The notes: generated by a model from the sequence alone, not told the origin. Positions 1 through 10,126 are shown, counted from the stretch's first letter. The stretch is DNA of 64,000 bases from Paludibacteraceae bacterium (GCA_017425065.1 JAFPJV010000024.1:8410-72409); one strand, 5' to 3'. Made by a program: numbers and translations.

Positions 1-1
1 G

Positions 2-1093
2 GGCTACGAGTACATGGGCAAGATGCCGTTCAAGCATGTCTATTTCACGGGTATCGTGCGCGACAAACTCGGTCGCAAGATGTCCAAATCGCTCGGTAAC
101 TCGCCCGATCCGCTCGACCTCATCGAGCGTTACGGAGCCGACGGCGTGCGCATGGGTATTCTGCTTTCCGCTCCTGCTGGAAACGACATCCTCTACGATG
201 ATGCCCTTTGCGAGCAGGGACGTAACTTCTGCAACAAGATCTGGAACTGCTTCCGCATGATCAAAGGCCTCGAAGTATCCAACGACCAACGACAAACGAC
301 AAACGACTTCGCCATCCGCTGGTTCGAAGCCAAGCTTGGCGAGACAGAAGCCGAGATAGCCGATCTCTTCAGCAAATACCGCCTCTCGGAAGCCCTGATG
401 ACGATCTTCAAACTCTATTGCGACGAGTTCAGCGGCTGGTACTTGGAGATGATCAAGCCCGCTTATCAGCAACCGATCGACCGCCCGACCTACGAAGCCA
501 CGTTGGCGTTCTTCGAGCGCTTGCTTCGCGTGCTCCATCCCTTTATGCCGTTCATTACCGAAGAACTCTGGCAAAACCTCTACGACCGTCAGCCCGGCGA
601 GAGTATAATGATCGCTTCGCTCAATGATGGATTGAGCGCTCCGCTCAATGATGAGATTCTCAATGAGGTTGAGACACTCAAGCAGATCATCACGAACATC
701 CGTGCCGTGCGTGCATCGAAGAACATCCCGCAGAAGGAGCGCCTCACGCTCATCAGTCCGGAACCGCTCAATGCCCTCGTGGACAAACTCGCAAATGTTG
801 AAGTAAAGGTGAACGGCGAAGTAAGTGGTAACGCCTCTAAGTTCATTGTCGGCACGACCGAGTTCGCTATCCCGATGGATCAGTTCATCAACGTAGAGGA
901 AGAACTCAAGAAACTCGAAGCCGACCTCCAGCATCAGCAGGGATTCCTGCGCGGCGTCATGGCAAAACTCTCGAACGAGCGCTTCGTACAGAACGCCAAA
1001 CCGGAGATCGTAGCCCTCGAGCAGAAAAAGAAAGCGGACGCCGAAGCCCGTATTGCCGCTCTCGAAGAAGCCATTCGGGCGCTGAAAGCCTGA
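2..1093 (+). CDS. valS: valyl-tRNA synthetase, C-terminal part (5' end lies outside the window)
   Basis: The frame is open from the window edge. It has the class-I aaRS KMSKS motif (KMSKSLGN), an anticodon-binding region and a terminal coiled coil (EEELKKLEADL...IAALEEAIRALKA) typical of ValRS. Confidence 0.9.
   Translation, partial: GYEYMGKMPFKHVYFTGIVRDKLGRKMSKSLGNSPDPLDLIERYGADGVRMGILLSAPAGNDILYDDALCEQGRNFCNKIWNCFRMIKGLEVSNDQRQTTNDFAIRWFEAKLGETEAEIADLFSKYRLSEALMTIFKLYCDEFSGWYLEMIKPAYQQPIDRPTYEATLAFFERLLRVLHPFMPFITEELWQNLYDRQPGESIMIASLNDGLSAPLNDEILNEVETLKQIITNIRAVRASKNIPQKERLTLISPEPLNALVDKLANVEVKVNGEVSGNASKFIVGTTEFAIPMDQFINVEEELKKLEADLQHQQGFLRGVMAKLSNERFVQNAKPEIVALEQKKKADAEARIAALEEAIRALKA
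281..308 (+). repeat. In-frame tandem heptamer array AACGAC[C/A/A/T] x4 inside valS
   Basis: Direct reading: aacgacc aacgaca aacgaca aacgact. It encodes NDQRQTTND. The same AACGAC core recurs at 59328-59355. Confidence 0.85.
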
Positions 1094-1125
1094 TAGCGCC
1101 GCTTCCGGAAACATACACAAACAAC

Positions 1126-1151
1126 AAATCCCGTCCTCTTGGGCGGGATTT
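1126..1151. terminator. Hairpin between convergent valS and ORF 1163-1510, possibly a bidirectional terminator
   Basis: aaatcccgtcc-tctt-gggcgggattt forms a GC-rich stem with one mismatch. The complementary strand has a T-rich trail. Confidence 0.5.
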
Positions 1152-1162
1152 ATTGTCATATC

Positions 1163-1510
1163 TTAATGGCGATGCAGACGTTTGCCGTGGTGACGATGAT
1201 GTTTTTTGTCGAAGCGGCCGTCGTGAAAACGGAAATCGTCTCTTGGGCCGCGCTCAAAGCGGAAATCGCGAGGTCCGTCAAAACGTCTGAAATCTCCGAC
1301 TCGAACCATGTTGCGGCGTTCCATCTCGCGCATGGCTTCCCATCTGCGCATCTCAGCTGCTTTTGGGCAATTACCATGGAATCGTATCTCTTGACGGAAA
1401 TCACCTCGTTTGCCTCGCCTGAAATCACCCTTGCGACCTTTTGCACTTGCGCTTACCGTAGCGCTTAACAATGCGGCAACTAATAGTGCCATACTAACTA
1501 ATCGTTTCAT
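1163..1510 (-). CDS. Small secreted, highly basic protein with DFR-type repeats and a His-rich tail (hypothetical)
   Basis: Signal peptide MKRLVSMALLVAALLSATVSASA. GDFRR/DFRF motifs repeat several times. The C-terminus is KKHHRHHGKRLHRH. I recognise no family. Confidence 0.5.
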   Translation of the reverse strand: MKRLVSMALLVAALLSATVSASAKGRKGDFRRGKRGDFRQEIRFHGNCPKAAEMRRWEAMREMERRNMVRVGDFRRFDGPRDFRFERGPRDDFRFHDGRFDKKHHRHHGKRLHRH

Positions 1511-1596
1511 AACTGTTTGATTTAATGTGGTTAATAATCGTTCTTAACCGCGACTTATCTCGCAGTTATTTGTTAGTATGCAATTACCGTGCCAAA

Positions 1597-2610
1597 TTAA
1601 ATGTAAATCTCCAACAACTTACATTCCGAGGCTTTATCCGAACCGTTTTCTGGCAGTGGGCGAACGATAATATCGTTGAGGCATGCCGGAAGAAGAATGG
1701 CTTCGCCGATACGTAGTGTATGCGTTTGTTCTGCCGGATCAGTCTCCGGAGCAACGAGTTCGCAAGAGCCATCTACACACATATACGCCACAAACGAATC
1801 CAGTGGCGCATAGTCACGCACTATCTCGCGGTCGAAATGTATCAGGTTGGTCGTGAAATACGGAGTCGTCGCAAGATTCTCCGGACGATTTGTTTCTTCG
1901 CCGGACGTACGTACTTCGCAAGCAGACACACCGAAATCCAACACCTTCAGCGCCTTGTCAAGCATCAAAGGCCGCTTCTGACCGTCGTTACCGACGCGGT
2001 TGTAATCGTATAGCCTGTACGTGATATCCGAGTTCTCCTGTATTTCTGCGATCACGGTGCCACGTTTCAGGGCATGTACTCTACCCGCCTCTATGAGTGC
2101 CACGTCTCCCGAACGAACCGGATAGTGCTTCAAATCGTCTGCTAAAGAGCCTTCGGAGATAGCCGTACGGATGAGCGAGGGATTCATCTCATGTTTCCAG
2201 CCCATGACAATAGATGCATCGGCTTCACTATTGGGCATGACGTACCACATCTCTGTCTTGCCGAGCGATTGTTCCATTTCAGCAGCCTGCTCATCGTTTG
2301 GATGCACCTGGATAGACAGGTCGTCGTCTGCATCGATAAACTTGAGCAGCAAAGGGAAAGTGTCGCCGAAACGCTCATACACCTTGCCGCCCACGAGTTC
2401 ATCGAAATAGACCTCAAGCAAGTCTTGCAAGTCATTGCCTGCCAGATGACCGTTCGCCACCTCGGTAGGATATTTCTCCACGGCCGAGATTACCCAACTC
2501 TCGCCGACATTCTCGTATTCAGCAGGTACTTCGTTGTACCAGCCACGTATTCGCTGGCCTCCCCAAATCTTATGGAAGAGACGCGGACGGAATTTCAAAG
2601 GATAAAGCAT
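1597..2610 (-). CDS. manA: Class I mannose-6-phosphate isomerase
   Basis: The N-terminus MLYPLKFRPRLFHKIWGG and the cupin core with QVHP are typical of the short bacterial type I PMI. Length is 337 aa. Confidence 0.8.
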   Translation of the reverse strand: MLYPLKFRPRLFHKIWGGQRIRGWYNEVPAEYENVGESWVISAVEKYPTEVANGHLAGNDLQDLLEVYFDELVGGKVYERFGDTFPLLLKFIDADDDLSIQVHPNDEQAAEMEQSLGKTEMWYVMPNSEADASIVMGWKHEMNPSLIRTAISEGSLADDLKHYPVRSGDVALIEAGRVHALKRGTVIAEIQENSDITYRLYDYNRVGNDGQKRPLMLDKALKVLDFGVSACEVRTSGEETNRPENLATTPYFTTNLIHFDREIVRDYAPLDSFVAYMCVDGSCELVAPETDPAEQTHTLRIGEAILLPACLNDIIVRPLPENGSDKASECKLLEIYI

Positions 2611-2614
2611 ACGA

Positions 2615-3658
2615 TTATTCTTTTATATTACGTAGATGTTTCTCCCAGCGCCATGCGGATAGAAGAACGTCACGGATGGGAGTATCAGCACGCCACTCCA
2701 GTACGGTGTTCGCCTTATGCGGATCCGCCCAGACCTGCTCGATATCGCCTTCCCGACGACCTACAATAGTATATGGCAGACTTTGCCCTGTGACCTCCTC
2801 GAAAGTACGTACGATCTCTAATACACTCAGGCCGCGACCTGTTCCGAGATTGAAGATCTCCACCTGCTCTTCCGCCTTGCCGCTCAACATGCGTTCAATC
2901 GCTTTGACATGTGCCTTCGCCAAATCCACTACGTAGATATAGTCACGGATACAGGAGCCATCGGGTGTGTTGTAGTCGTCGCCAAAGACACGCAGTTCCT
3001 TGCGCAGCCCGGCAGCCGTCTGGGTAACAAACGGCAACAGGTTGTTCGGAACGCCGTTAGGCAACTCGCCGATAAGTGCCGACGGATGAGCCCCGATCGG
3101 ATTGAAATAGCGCAGGATAGTAGCTTGCAGGCTCGCGCACGCGTGCGCCTGATCCATAATAATATCTTCGTTTATCTGCTTGGTATTGCCATATGGCGAG
3201 AGAGCTTTCTTTCGCGGCGCAGACTCATCTACGGGCAGATGCTCGGCATCGGGTTGCCCATAGACCGTACAGGACGACGAGAAAACCAGATGACGCACGT
3301 CATGCTCCTGCATCAGTTGGAGCAAGGTGATGAGCGAGAGCGTATTGTTGCGATAGTAGCGCAACGGCTGCTCCACCGACTCGCCTACTGCCTTGCTTGC
3401 CGCAAAATGAATCACGCCGCATATGTCCGGAAACGAGCGGAAGACATTGTCCATTGCCACATAGTCGCAACAGTCGGCATTGACAAAATCGGGACGACGG
3501 CTTACGATAGCCTCGATGCCGTCCAGAACAGAGATATTGGAGTTGGAGAGGTTATCCACAATAACCACTTCGTAGCCTTGCTCCATGAGCTCGACTACTG
3601 TATGGGAACCGATATAACCTACTCCGCCTGTGACGAGAATGCGATTCATAGCTTTCAA
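2615..3658 (-). CDS. galE: UDP-glucose 4-epimerase
   Basis: Rossmann motif ILVTGGVGYIGSH, an SSSCTVYG region and the YGNTK catalytic motif. Length is 347 aa. Confidence 0.9.
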   Translation of the reverse strand: MKAMNRILVTGGVGYIGSHTVVELMEQGYEVVIVDNLSNSNISVLDGIEAIVSRRPDFVNADCCDYVAMDNVFRSFPDICGVIHFAASKAVGESVEQPLRYYRNNTLSLITLLQLMQEHDVRHLVFSSSCTVYGQPDAEHLPVDESAPRKKALSPYGNTKQINEDIIMDQAHACASLQATILRYFNPIGAHPSALIGELPNGVPNNLLPFVTQTAAGLRKELRVFGDDYNTPDGSCIRDYIYVVDLAKAHVKAIERMLSGKAEEQVEIFNLGTGRGLSVLEIVRTFEEVTGQSLPYTIVGRREGDIEQVWADPHKANTVLEWRADTPIRDVLLSAWRWEKHLRNIKE

Positions 3659-3660
3659 AT

Positions 3661-4560
3661 TTAGAACAGTTTGGCGGGATAGACGCCTTCGTTAATCATA
3701 TTGTTCAGTTTCATGACTACCTGCGGACGATCCTCCGGATAAGTGACGCCAAACCAACGGGACGGTGTATCCAGCACACGGCACGTAGCACGACCTTCGG
3801 CAATGAGATCGTTCACCAGCGTCGGGATATAGAACTCAGCCTTCAGTTCGTTGGCATTCTTTTCCAGAAAACGGCGGAAAGCCTCTTCGGCATACTCAAA
3901 GTATTCCGGCGTGAATCCCCACATATTCATGGATACGGGCGAGTTGGGCGCAATAACGGTGTCCTTACCGTTTTCGGTGAAAACGATCTTGCGTCCCACC
4001 TCCTCGATATGGGTACGTTCCACCACGCCTGTGAGATAGCCGTCCTTGTCCGTAGAGCAAACACCACGGCTGACAGCACCGTTCTCGCTCAGCGTATTGC
4101 ATACACGGTAGCCTACCATGCAGTATTGTCCACGCGTGTTCTCCGCCGACTTGAGATAGTCTGCCAGCACCTGAAACGACTCCTTGCCATAGAAATCATC
4201 GGCATTGATGACTGCAAAAGGCTCGTGGATAATATCCTTGGCCATCAGCACCGCGTGGTTCGTTCCCCATGGCTTGGTGCGTTGTGGATTCGGTTTATAG
4301 CCTTCCGGCAGGGCGTCTATTGACTGAAAGCACACCTCGCAAGGCACTTTTCCTGCATACTTACTGAGCACGACACGACGGAAGTCATCCTCAAAGTCAT
4401 GGCGGATAACAAAGACGACCTTGCCAAAACCGGCACGCATGGCATCAAAGACGCTGTAGTCCATGATTGTCTCTCCGTTCGGGCCGAGACCGTCAATCTG
4501 TTTCAGTCCGCCGTAACGGCTTCCCATGCCTGCTGCCAATACAAATAATGTTGGTTTCAT
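3661..4560 (-). CDS. Sugar-phosphate nucleotidyltransferase (NTP_transferase family)
   Basis: N-terminal LAAGMGSRYGGLKQ signature. It sits adjacent to galE and manA. Length is 299 aa. Confidence 0.7.
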   Translation of the reverse strand: MKPTLFVLAAGMGSRYGGLKQIDGLGPNGETIMDYSVFDAMRAGFGKVVFVIRHDFEDDFRRVVLSKYAGKVPCEVCFQSIDALPEGYKPNPQRTKPWGTNHAVLMAKDIIHEPFAVINADDFYGKESFQVLADYLKSAENTRGQYCMVGYRVCNTLSENGAVSRGVCSTDKDGYLTGVVERTHIEEVGRKIVFTENGKDTVIAPNSPVSMNMWGFTPEYFEYAEEAFRRFLEKNANELKAEFYIPTLVNDLIAEGRATCRVLDTPSRWFGVTYPEDRPQVVMKLNNMINEGVYPAKLF

Positions 4561-4703
4561 GTATATGATTTTTTATTTTAATTTGCAAATGTCAATTTTC
4601 AAATCTTCGAATCTTCGTAGATTCGCTCGCGTAAAAATCGTGCCCCTCAGGGCTAAGAATAATCGTTCGAACTATGTGAGACAAGAATCTTCAAATTTAT
4701 TCT

Positions 4704-5801
4704 TTATTCATTAACGATAATCGTTCTGCCATCTTTCTTCTTGTGCCGGAACCACAGCCCATACACCTCCGAACAGTTGCCGGCCGTAATGAATGCCGGT
4801 ATCTTGTTGTCGCGTATAAAAGCCATGACAGACGAGAACTCGTCTTGGGTGAGCAAAGCCTGGATTTCGATATGCTTCTCTCCGCTGAAACCACCCTGCA
4901 CGTCATACAGCGAGCAGCCGCGCACAAGTTCATCCACAATATATTTGCGGATTCGTTCCGGATCATTCGAGACGATACATACACGTTTGCGGCGGTTGAG
5001 CGAGGCAGTGAAATAATCCACAGCCAAACCATTGATCCACGTACCGGTCAGACCGATGACAACCATGCGGAAATCGTTGATCAGGAACGCAGAACAGCAT
5101 ATCACAGCACCTGCCACAGACACCGATTTACCAATATCGAAATGCACATACTTATTGATAATCTTAGCCAGGATATCAAGTCCGCCTGTAGAAGCATTGA
5201 TGCGGAACATGAATGCCTGACATGCCGAAAGCAACAACACGAAGCATATGAGGTCAAACCACACGTCGCCTGTCTGCACCCCGGAAGCCATCACCGACGA
5301 ACGCACGGGTTCAAGCACTTCGCCCGCACGGCTCAGCAGATAGTCGTTGCCGAAAGCATCCTTGTAGCCCGCACCGGACTGGAGAGCCGAGAGAATCGAC
5401 TGATAGTTGGCCGAATCGGGCGAGAGCACGTGGTGAGTCAGGTTGGTATAAGGATAGATACGGTCGAGCAACTGGGTGAGCGGTCCGAGAATCATAGCGG
5501 TATAGACCGTCTTGGCACCAAACTCGTTGCCGATAAGGATAAACGCCATGATAAGCAGCACGGCATTGATACCCATGATGATATACGAGAGTGTGTCGGC
5601 ATTGCCTCCCATGGCAGTATTGATCACAATACTCAGACCGGAAATAGAACCGACAACCAAGTGGCTTGGCATCAGAAAGTAATACACTGCTGCCGCACCG
5701 AAAATCATTCCCACGGTCATCATGATTAGTTCGACCCAGAACTTACGCGTCTTAAGCGCATGGCCGAAATCATGAAGCAAAGATTTAAGATATTCCATCA
5801 T
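4704..5801 (-). CDS. YitT-family membrane protein (DUF2179 C-terminal domain)
   Basis: Several TM helices are followed by a soluble C-terminal domain. The architecture and length (365 aa) match YitT-like proteins. Confidence 0.7.
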   Translation of the reverse strand: MMEYLKSLLHDFGHALKTRKFWVELIMMTVGMIFGAAAVYYFLMPSHLVVGSISGLSIVINTAMGGNADTLSYIIMGINAVLLIMAFILIGNEFGAKTVYTAMILGPLTQLLDRIYPYTNLTHHVLSPDSANYQSILSALQSGAGYKDAFGNDYLLSRAGEVLEPVRSSVMASGVQTGDVWFDLICFVLLLSACQAFMFRINASTGGLDILAKIINKYVHFDIGKSVSVAGAVICCSAFLINDFRMVVIGLTGTWINGLAVDYFTASLNRRKRVCIVSNDPERIRKYIVDELVRGCSLYDVQGGFSGEKHIEIQALLTQDEFSSVMAFIRDNKIPAFITAGNCSEVYGLWFRHKKKDGRTIIVNE

Positions 5802-5802
5802 A

Positions 5803-7032
5803 TTATTCGCTGATTAAAAATCGTGCAGTACGGCGCGTTGTTTGGCTTAGCAAGATACGCCGTCCGACGCTCTCTTTGTGTAATATCTCCGGCGTCGTGC
5901 CACGGATAGTAAGCAAGGACAGATGCTCGTTGTAGTTGACGCGGAACTGTTCGCGCAACTCTTCTATCGCAGCATCCACATAGCGCGTGTGATCCACCGA
6001 AACGGATATCGTCACCGCCGAAGACTGGATAAGCGACACCTTGAGTCGGTGACGATGAATGATTTCGAAGAAACTGTTGAGGCTCTGCTCGAGCACAAAA
6101 CTGAAATCCTTCGGCCGAATCGTTATCAGCACTTGATTCTTGCGCCATATATAGACCGGCACGTCGATTGGTCCGGCAGCGTCTGCATATATCTTGCTAC
6201 CTGCCGCCGTAGGATCACCAAACGGCTTGACATAGAGCGGAATATGCTTGTTCTCTATCGGTCGGATCGTCTTCGGATGAATGATTTGTGCACCGGAATA
6301 CGAGAGTTCAACCGCATCGTGATAATTCAATTCCGGAATCAGCACGGTATCTTTCACCAAACGCGGATCGGCATTGAGGATGCCCGGTACGTCTTTCCAT
6401 ATGGTGACAGACTCGGCATCTAAGAAATTACCCACTAATGCCGCTGTATAGTCAGATCCCTCGCGCCCGAGTGTCGTGCGGTATCCTTCTGTCGTTCCTC
6501 CTATAAATCCCTGAACGATACACACCTGATGACCTGCTTGTCTTACCGCCTCACATATACGTTGTTCGGACTCGGCCATACAGACATTCGCATCGCGATA
6601 TGTAGCATCTGTTCGTAGCAGACGCGTCATGTCGAGAAGACAACTGTCAAGACCTGCTTTCCGCAGATAAGCATTGATAATAGCCGTAGAAGTGAGTTCG
6701 CCGAAGCTTACCAACTGGTCGTAAGAGAAGTCATAGTTGGCACGGTCCGCCAAAGCCGGCAATGCGCGATAAGGCAACACGTCTTTAGGAAGCTCCAAGG
6801 CATGAAGTATATCCTCGTGGTAGGCAATAATACCATCCCACTCCTGCTGTGCCAATACGACATCACCTGCCATCAAGGCATCCAGCACGCGCTCCAAGGC
6901 ATTGGTCGTCTTGCCCATGGCAGAGACAACTACAACGAGTTGCTCGTCACCGCATAGCGAGACAATATGAGCCAGGTTGCGTATTCCCTCGGGGTTACGA
7001 ACCGATGCGCCGCCGAATTTATAGACCTTCAT
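5803..7032 (-). CDS. Aspartate kinase
   Basis: MKVYKFGGASV start, VVVVSAMGKTTN motif and a C-terminal ACT-like region. Length is 409 aa. Confidence 0.85.
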   Translation of the reverse strand: MKVYKFGGASVRNPEGIRNLAHIVSLCGDEQLVVVVSAMGKTTNALERVLDALMAGDVVLAQQEWDGIIAYHEDILHALELPKDVLPYRALPALADRANYDFSYDQLVSFGELTSTAIINAYLRKAGLDSCLLDMTRLLRTDATYRDANVCMAESEQRICEAVRQAGHQVCIVQGFIGGTTEGYRTTLGREGSDYTAALVGNFLDAESVTIWKDVPGILNADPRLVKDTVLIPELNYHDAVELSYSGAQIIHPKTIRPIENKHIPLYVKPFGDPTAAGSKIYADAAGPIDVPVYIWRKNQVLITIRPKDFSFVLEQSLNSFFEIIHRHRLKVSLIQSSAVTISVSVDHTRYVDAAIEELREQFRVNYNEHLSLLTIRGTTPEILHKESVGRRILLSQTTRRTARFLISE

Positions 7033-7036
7033 TTTC

Positions 7037-7525
7037 TTAGTCCTCTATTAAGTTCGCCATATGAATGGCTGTAACGGCTCCTTCTACACCTTTGTTGCCC
7101 AGACGTCCGCCACATCGATCGAGTGCCTGCTGGCGGTTGAGAACGGTGAGCACCGAAAAGACAACCGGCACGTCAGCCTGCACGTTGAGTGCTGTAACAC
7201 CTTGTGTCACCGACTGACATACATAGTCAAAATGAGGCGTATCACCCTGAATAACACAGCCGATAACCACGATGGCATCCAGATCGACTTCCTCGTGCAT
7301 CAGCCGTGCCGCCGCAAAGGTCAGTTCTACGGTGCCTGGCACGTGAACCACACGGATATTCTCTTCACGAACACCATGCTTGACAAAGGTTTCCAAGGCA
7401 CCTTGCGCCATGGCATATGTGATCTCCGAATTCCAATCCGCTACAATAATAGCATAGCGCTGACGTCCGAGAACATCAGCGCTAGGCAGTTGAGTGGCGT
7501 CGTATTTCGACAAATCGGTCGTCAT
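7037..7525 (-). CDS. ribH: 6,7-dimethyl-8-ribityllumazine synthase
   Basis: VHVPGTVELTFAA and GCVIQGDTPHFDYV motifs. Length is 162 aa. Confidence 0.9.
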   Translation of the reverse strand: MTTDLSKYDATQLPSADVLGRQRYAIIVADWNSEITYAMAQGALETFVKHGVREENIRVVHVPGTVELTFAAARLMHEEVDLDAIVVIGCVIQGDTPHFDYVCQSVTQGVTALNVQADVPVVFSVLTVLNRQQALDRCGGRLGNKGVEGAVTAIHMANLIED

Positions 7526-8244
7526 TACTCAGCGCACATTGGTAAATACTTATCCGCTTCGGCAGCTTCTTGCGTACCGGGATACTGCTTCTTGAGGGCC
7601 TCTAAAACACGTTTGGCAGAAGCTTTATCCTCCAGTTTGAGATAGACGCGGGCAGCCTTCGACATAGCTAACGGAGCTATCATCTCATTGTCAGCCTCTG
7701 CAGCCTTCTCAAAAGCCTGTGCAGCTTTCTCCAAGTCGCCCAATTCAACATACACATCGCCCAGACGCATGGTAGCAGCCGGCCCAACGGTTACATCCTT
7801 GGCCGAGAATTTCTGCAGGTATTCTGCAGCCTCGTCAAACTGACCCAATTCGGCATAGCATATACCGGCATAGAGAGCTGCCAGCTCTGCTTGTTGGTTG
7901 GAGTAGTTGTCAGCCACCTCCACAAAACCGATGCAATCCGCCTCATCACCCTCAAGGGCTTTGCGGTACATCTCGGCTGCTTTGGCCGTGTCACCCTGCA
8001 GCGCAGCCTGCTCGGCTTGCTGGAAATAAACCTCTGCCTGAGCATTCTCGTTGCTTGCTGCGATAGCATTCGGCTTGATAACCCACTGGTTGATTGCAAT
8101 CACTGCAAATACAACCGCTACAATGACCGATACGACGATGGTCAGCATTTTTTGATTTTCCTCTATCCACTGTTCAGAGCGGCTGAGGGCTTCGTTTACA
8201 GACTCGAGTTGTTCGTCCTGTTTCGTTACTTTTTTCTTTGCCAT
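7525..8244 (-). CDS. Membrane-anchored TPR-repeat protein
   Basis: One N-terminal TM helix followed by Ala-rich TPR-like repeats. Its stop overlaps the ribH start. Confidence 0.65.
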   Translation of the reverse strand: MAKKKVTKQDEQLESVNEALSRSEQWIEENQKMLTIVVSVIVAVVFAVIAINQWVIKPNAIAASNENAQAEVYFQQAEQAALQGDTAKAAEMYRKALEGDEADCIGFVEVADNYSNQQAELAALYAGICYAELGQFDEAAEYLQKFSAKDVTVGPAATMRLGDVYVELGDLEKAAQAFEKAAEADNEMIAPLAMSKAARVYLKLEDKASAKRVLEALKKQYPGTQEAAEADKYLPMCAE

Positions 8245-8293
8245 AAATATAGATTTTTATTATTTACTATAATACTATTCACAAAAAAGCGTG

Positions 8294-8301
8294 CAAAGTT
8301 A
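8294..8301 (-). promoter_or_regulatory. -7 box TAACTTTG (Bacteroidetes sigma-AB type) for the TPR-ribH operon
   Basis: The reverse complement of caaagtta is preceded by an A-tract and a TTGCGTATATC element. The box lies about 50 nt upstream of the 8244 start. Confidence 0.6.
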
Positions 8302-8567
8302 CGACTTTTTTTTGATATACGCAAAAAAAATGGCACAAAAAAAGCGTCGTATAGCATTTTTACGCGAGAAAACTCCTAAAGAAAGGATTTGAGGCCTGTC
8401 TTTTCCTTTGTAATCCGGCCACCTCATTGCCGCTCGCCTTGTTGCCAAGGGTCATCGCCTGCGAGTACCGGCACGCCATTGGTGAGACATTTGCACTCGG
8501 TATTTTGTATTTGTTGAGTTTTCCGGTCTCTATATGCTATACGACACTGGAAAATAGATTATTCATG

Positions 8568-9896
8568 TCAGTTATGCCAGCCTAACGTCAGCACGATACG
8601 ATGGGTATCGGCATTGATATCGATAGGTTGCGCTTTTTCGTGTGCATGAAGTTGGAGCATTTGCCTGCGATATTGGTATGCCAACTGTGCCATAAACATC
8701 CGGCCGCGATACCCTATTCCACCACTGGCATACCACGTAGATTCAGGATGAATTGAATGGGTGTCCTGACGTTCGAACTTAGGATCCATCCGCGCAAGGT
8801 CGTACGAACGCTTGAATGTGGATTCATAGCCGTAACCGGCATTCAGGTAGAGGCCTGGCACAGGCACTATTTCCAGACCGGCACGCAAGGTGTGCAGGTC
8901 GTTGCAATACTTGGCATGCTGATAGTCATATTGCAGGGACAAGGCACCATAGTCACCAACCTGCAACGCCACGCCCAAACTGGTACGAAGCGGCGCACTA
9001 TAGTCCCATTTATCCGACATATAAGCATCACTATAGCGCAACGAGTCGGTCAATGCCGACATTGTGCCGGAAGCATTGCAATTAACGGTACCCAGTGTAG
9101 GCGTGTGCAGAGCAAATCCGAGACGCACCCATCCGCACGGACGATAAATTACACCGAACGAGCCTCCTACTCCGAAACCATTGAGCACAAAGGTATTCTG
9201 ATTCTCTAAATCACACCATTCGCCGGACTGGTTTATAATCGGAAAGAGCTCGTAATAATCCACGTCTGCGGCCATTCGATAGGAATACATGCGCAGACCC
9301 GCCCCGACATACCAACGATGTGATATATTCATCGCCCAATCGAACGCGTATTGGTTAACGTAGCCAGACTCGCGAAGCGACATCACACTACTCGTGTTAT
9401 ACACGTCGTCCGGATAAGGTATCGTCAAATCAATATTGGCCGATGAAAGCAAATTGCCCAAAGAATGGTCAGACGGGGCAAAAACCTTATAATAGCGATT
9501 AAAGGTGCGAAGACGATGGTAGGAGAGCATCAGGTTGTTGGAAATAATACCGCTTTGCTTGTCTTGATTGCCAATCGCAATGACAAGTGACACCTGAGGC
9601 ACCATAAACAAATCGGACTTTCCGGGCAAGGAGTCGGAATTCTGCTGCATTGTTCTGTCTCGCTGATAATCAACGCTAAGTAGCACCTCACTACGACGAT
9701 AGACACCCAGTCCGGCAGGATTGTCATATACAGCCGACGGATCACCGCCGATAGCTGTCATCGCACCGGACATTCCGACGTAACGCGCAGTTCCCATCAC
9801 TTGACGTTCACTCAACCGCTCGTTGTCTTGGGCAAAACAATGAGCACTCAGCGACATGCACAAAGCAGAGAGCAATATGTATCGTACGATTTTCAT
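8568..9896 (-). CDS. Outer-membrane beta-barrel protein, FadL/PorV-like
   Basis: Signal peptide, an N-terminal GMSGAMTAIGGDPSAVYDNPAGLG hatch-like motif, and alternating amphipathic strands rich in Y and G. Length is 442 aa. Confidence 0.6.
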   Translation of the reverse strand: MKIVRYILLSALCMSLSAHCFAQDNERLSERQVMGTARYVGMSGAMTAIGGDPSAVYDNPAGLGVYRRSEVLLSVDYQRDRTMQQNSDSLPGKSDLFMVPQVSLVIAIGNQDKQSGIISNNLMLSYHRLRTFNRYYKVFAPSDHSLGNLLSSANIDLTIPYPDDVYNTSSVMSLRESGYVNQYAFDWAMNISHRWYVGAGLRMYSYRMAADVDYYELFPIINQSGEWCDLENQNTFVLNGFGVGGSFGVIYRPCGWVRLGFALHTPTLGTVNCNASGTMSALTDSLRYSDAYMSDKWDYSAPLRTSLGVALQVGDYGALSLQYDYQHAKYCNDLHTLRAGLEIVPVPGLYLNAGYGYESTFKRSYDLARMDPKFERQDTHSIHPESTWYASGGIGYRGRMFMAQLAYQYRRQMLQLHAHEKAQPIDINADTHRIVLTLGWHN

Positions 9897-10126
9897 TTCT
9901 TTACGCGGATTGTGACCATAGTGTCTTGAACATTAATATATTCTATATCCCTATTCTCCTGCGTAGGTTTTGCAGTTTGCTCAATTGGCACGGATTCGGT
10001 TGTCTCAACTGTTTGTGCAGGTTGATAAGGCCAGTAATAGACATCGTCAATCGGTATCGTATAAGTAGCCGAACATCCCATCAGCAGAGCGGCTACAGCA
10101 ATCAATATGTAGTATTTTTTCTTCAT
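9893..10126 (-). CDS. Small lipoprotein (hypothetical)
   Basis: Lipobox LLMGC. There is a 4-nt overlap with the downstream barrel gene, which suggests coupled expression. Confidence 0.5.
   Translation of the reverse strand: MKKKYYILIAVAALLMGCSATYTIPIDDVYYWPYQPAQTVETTESVPIEQTAKPTQENRDIEYINVQDTMVTIRVKK

Noticed and set aside
8344-8546. 12-bp inverted repeat (gtcgtatagcat / atgctatacgac) flanking ~180 nt between the TPR operon promoter and the barrel gene. It could be a MITE.
   Set aside because: The arms are too short to be significant in 64 kb. I see no target-site duplication, and I noticed no second copy elsewhere in the window.
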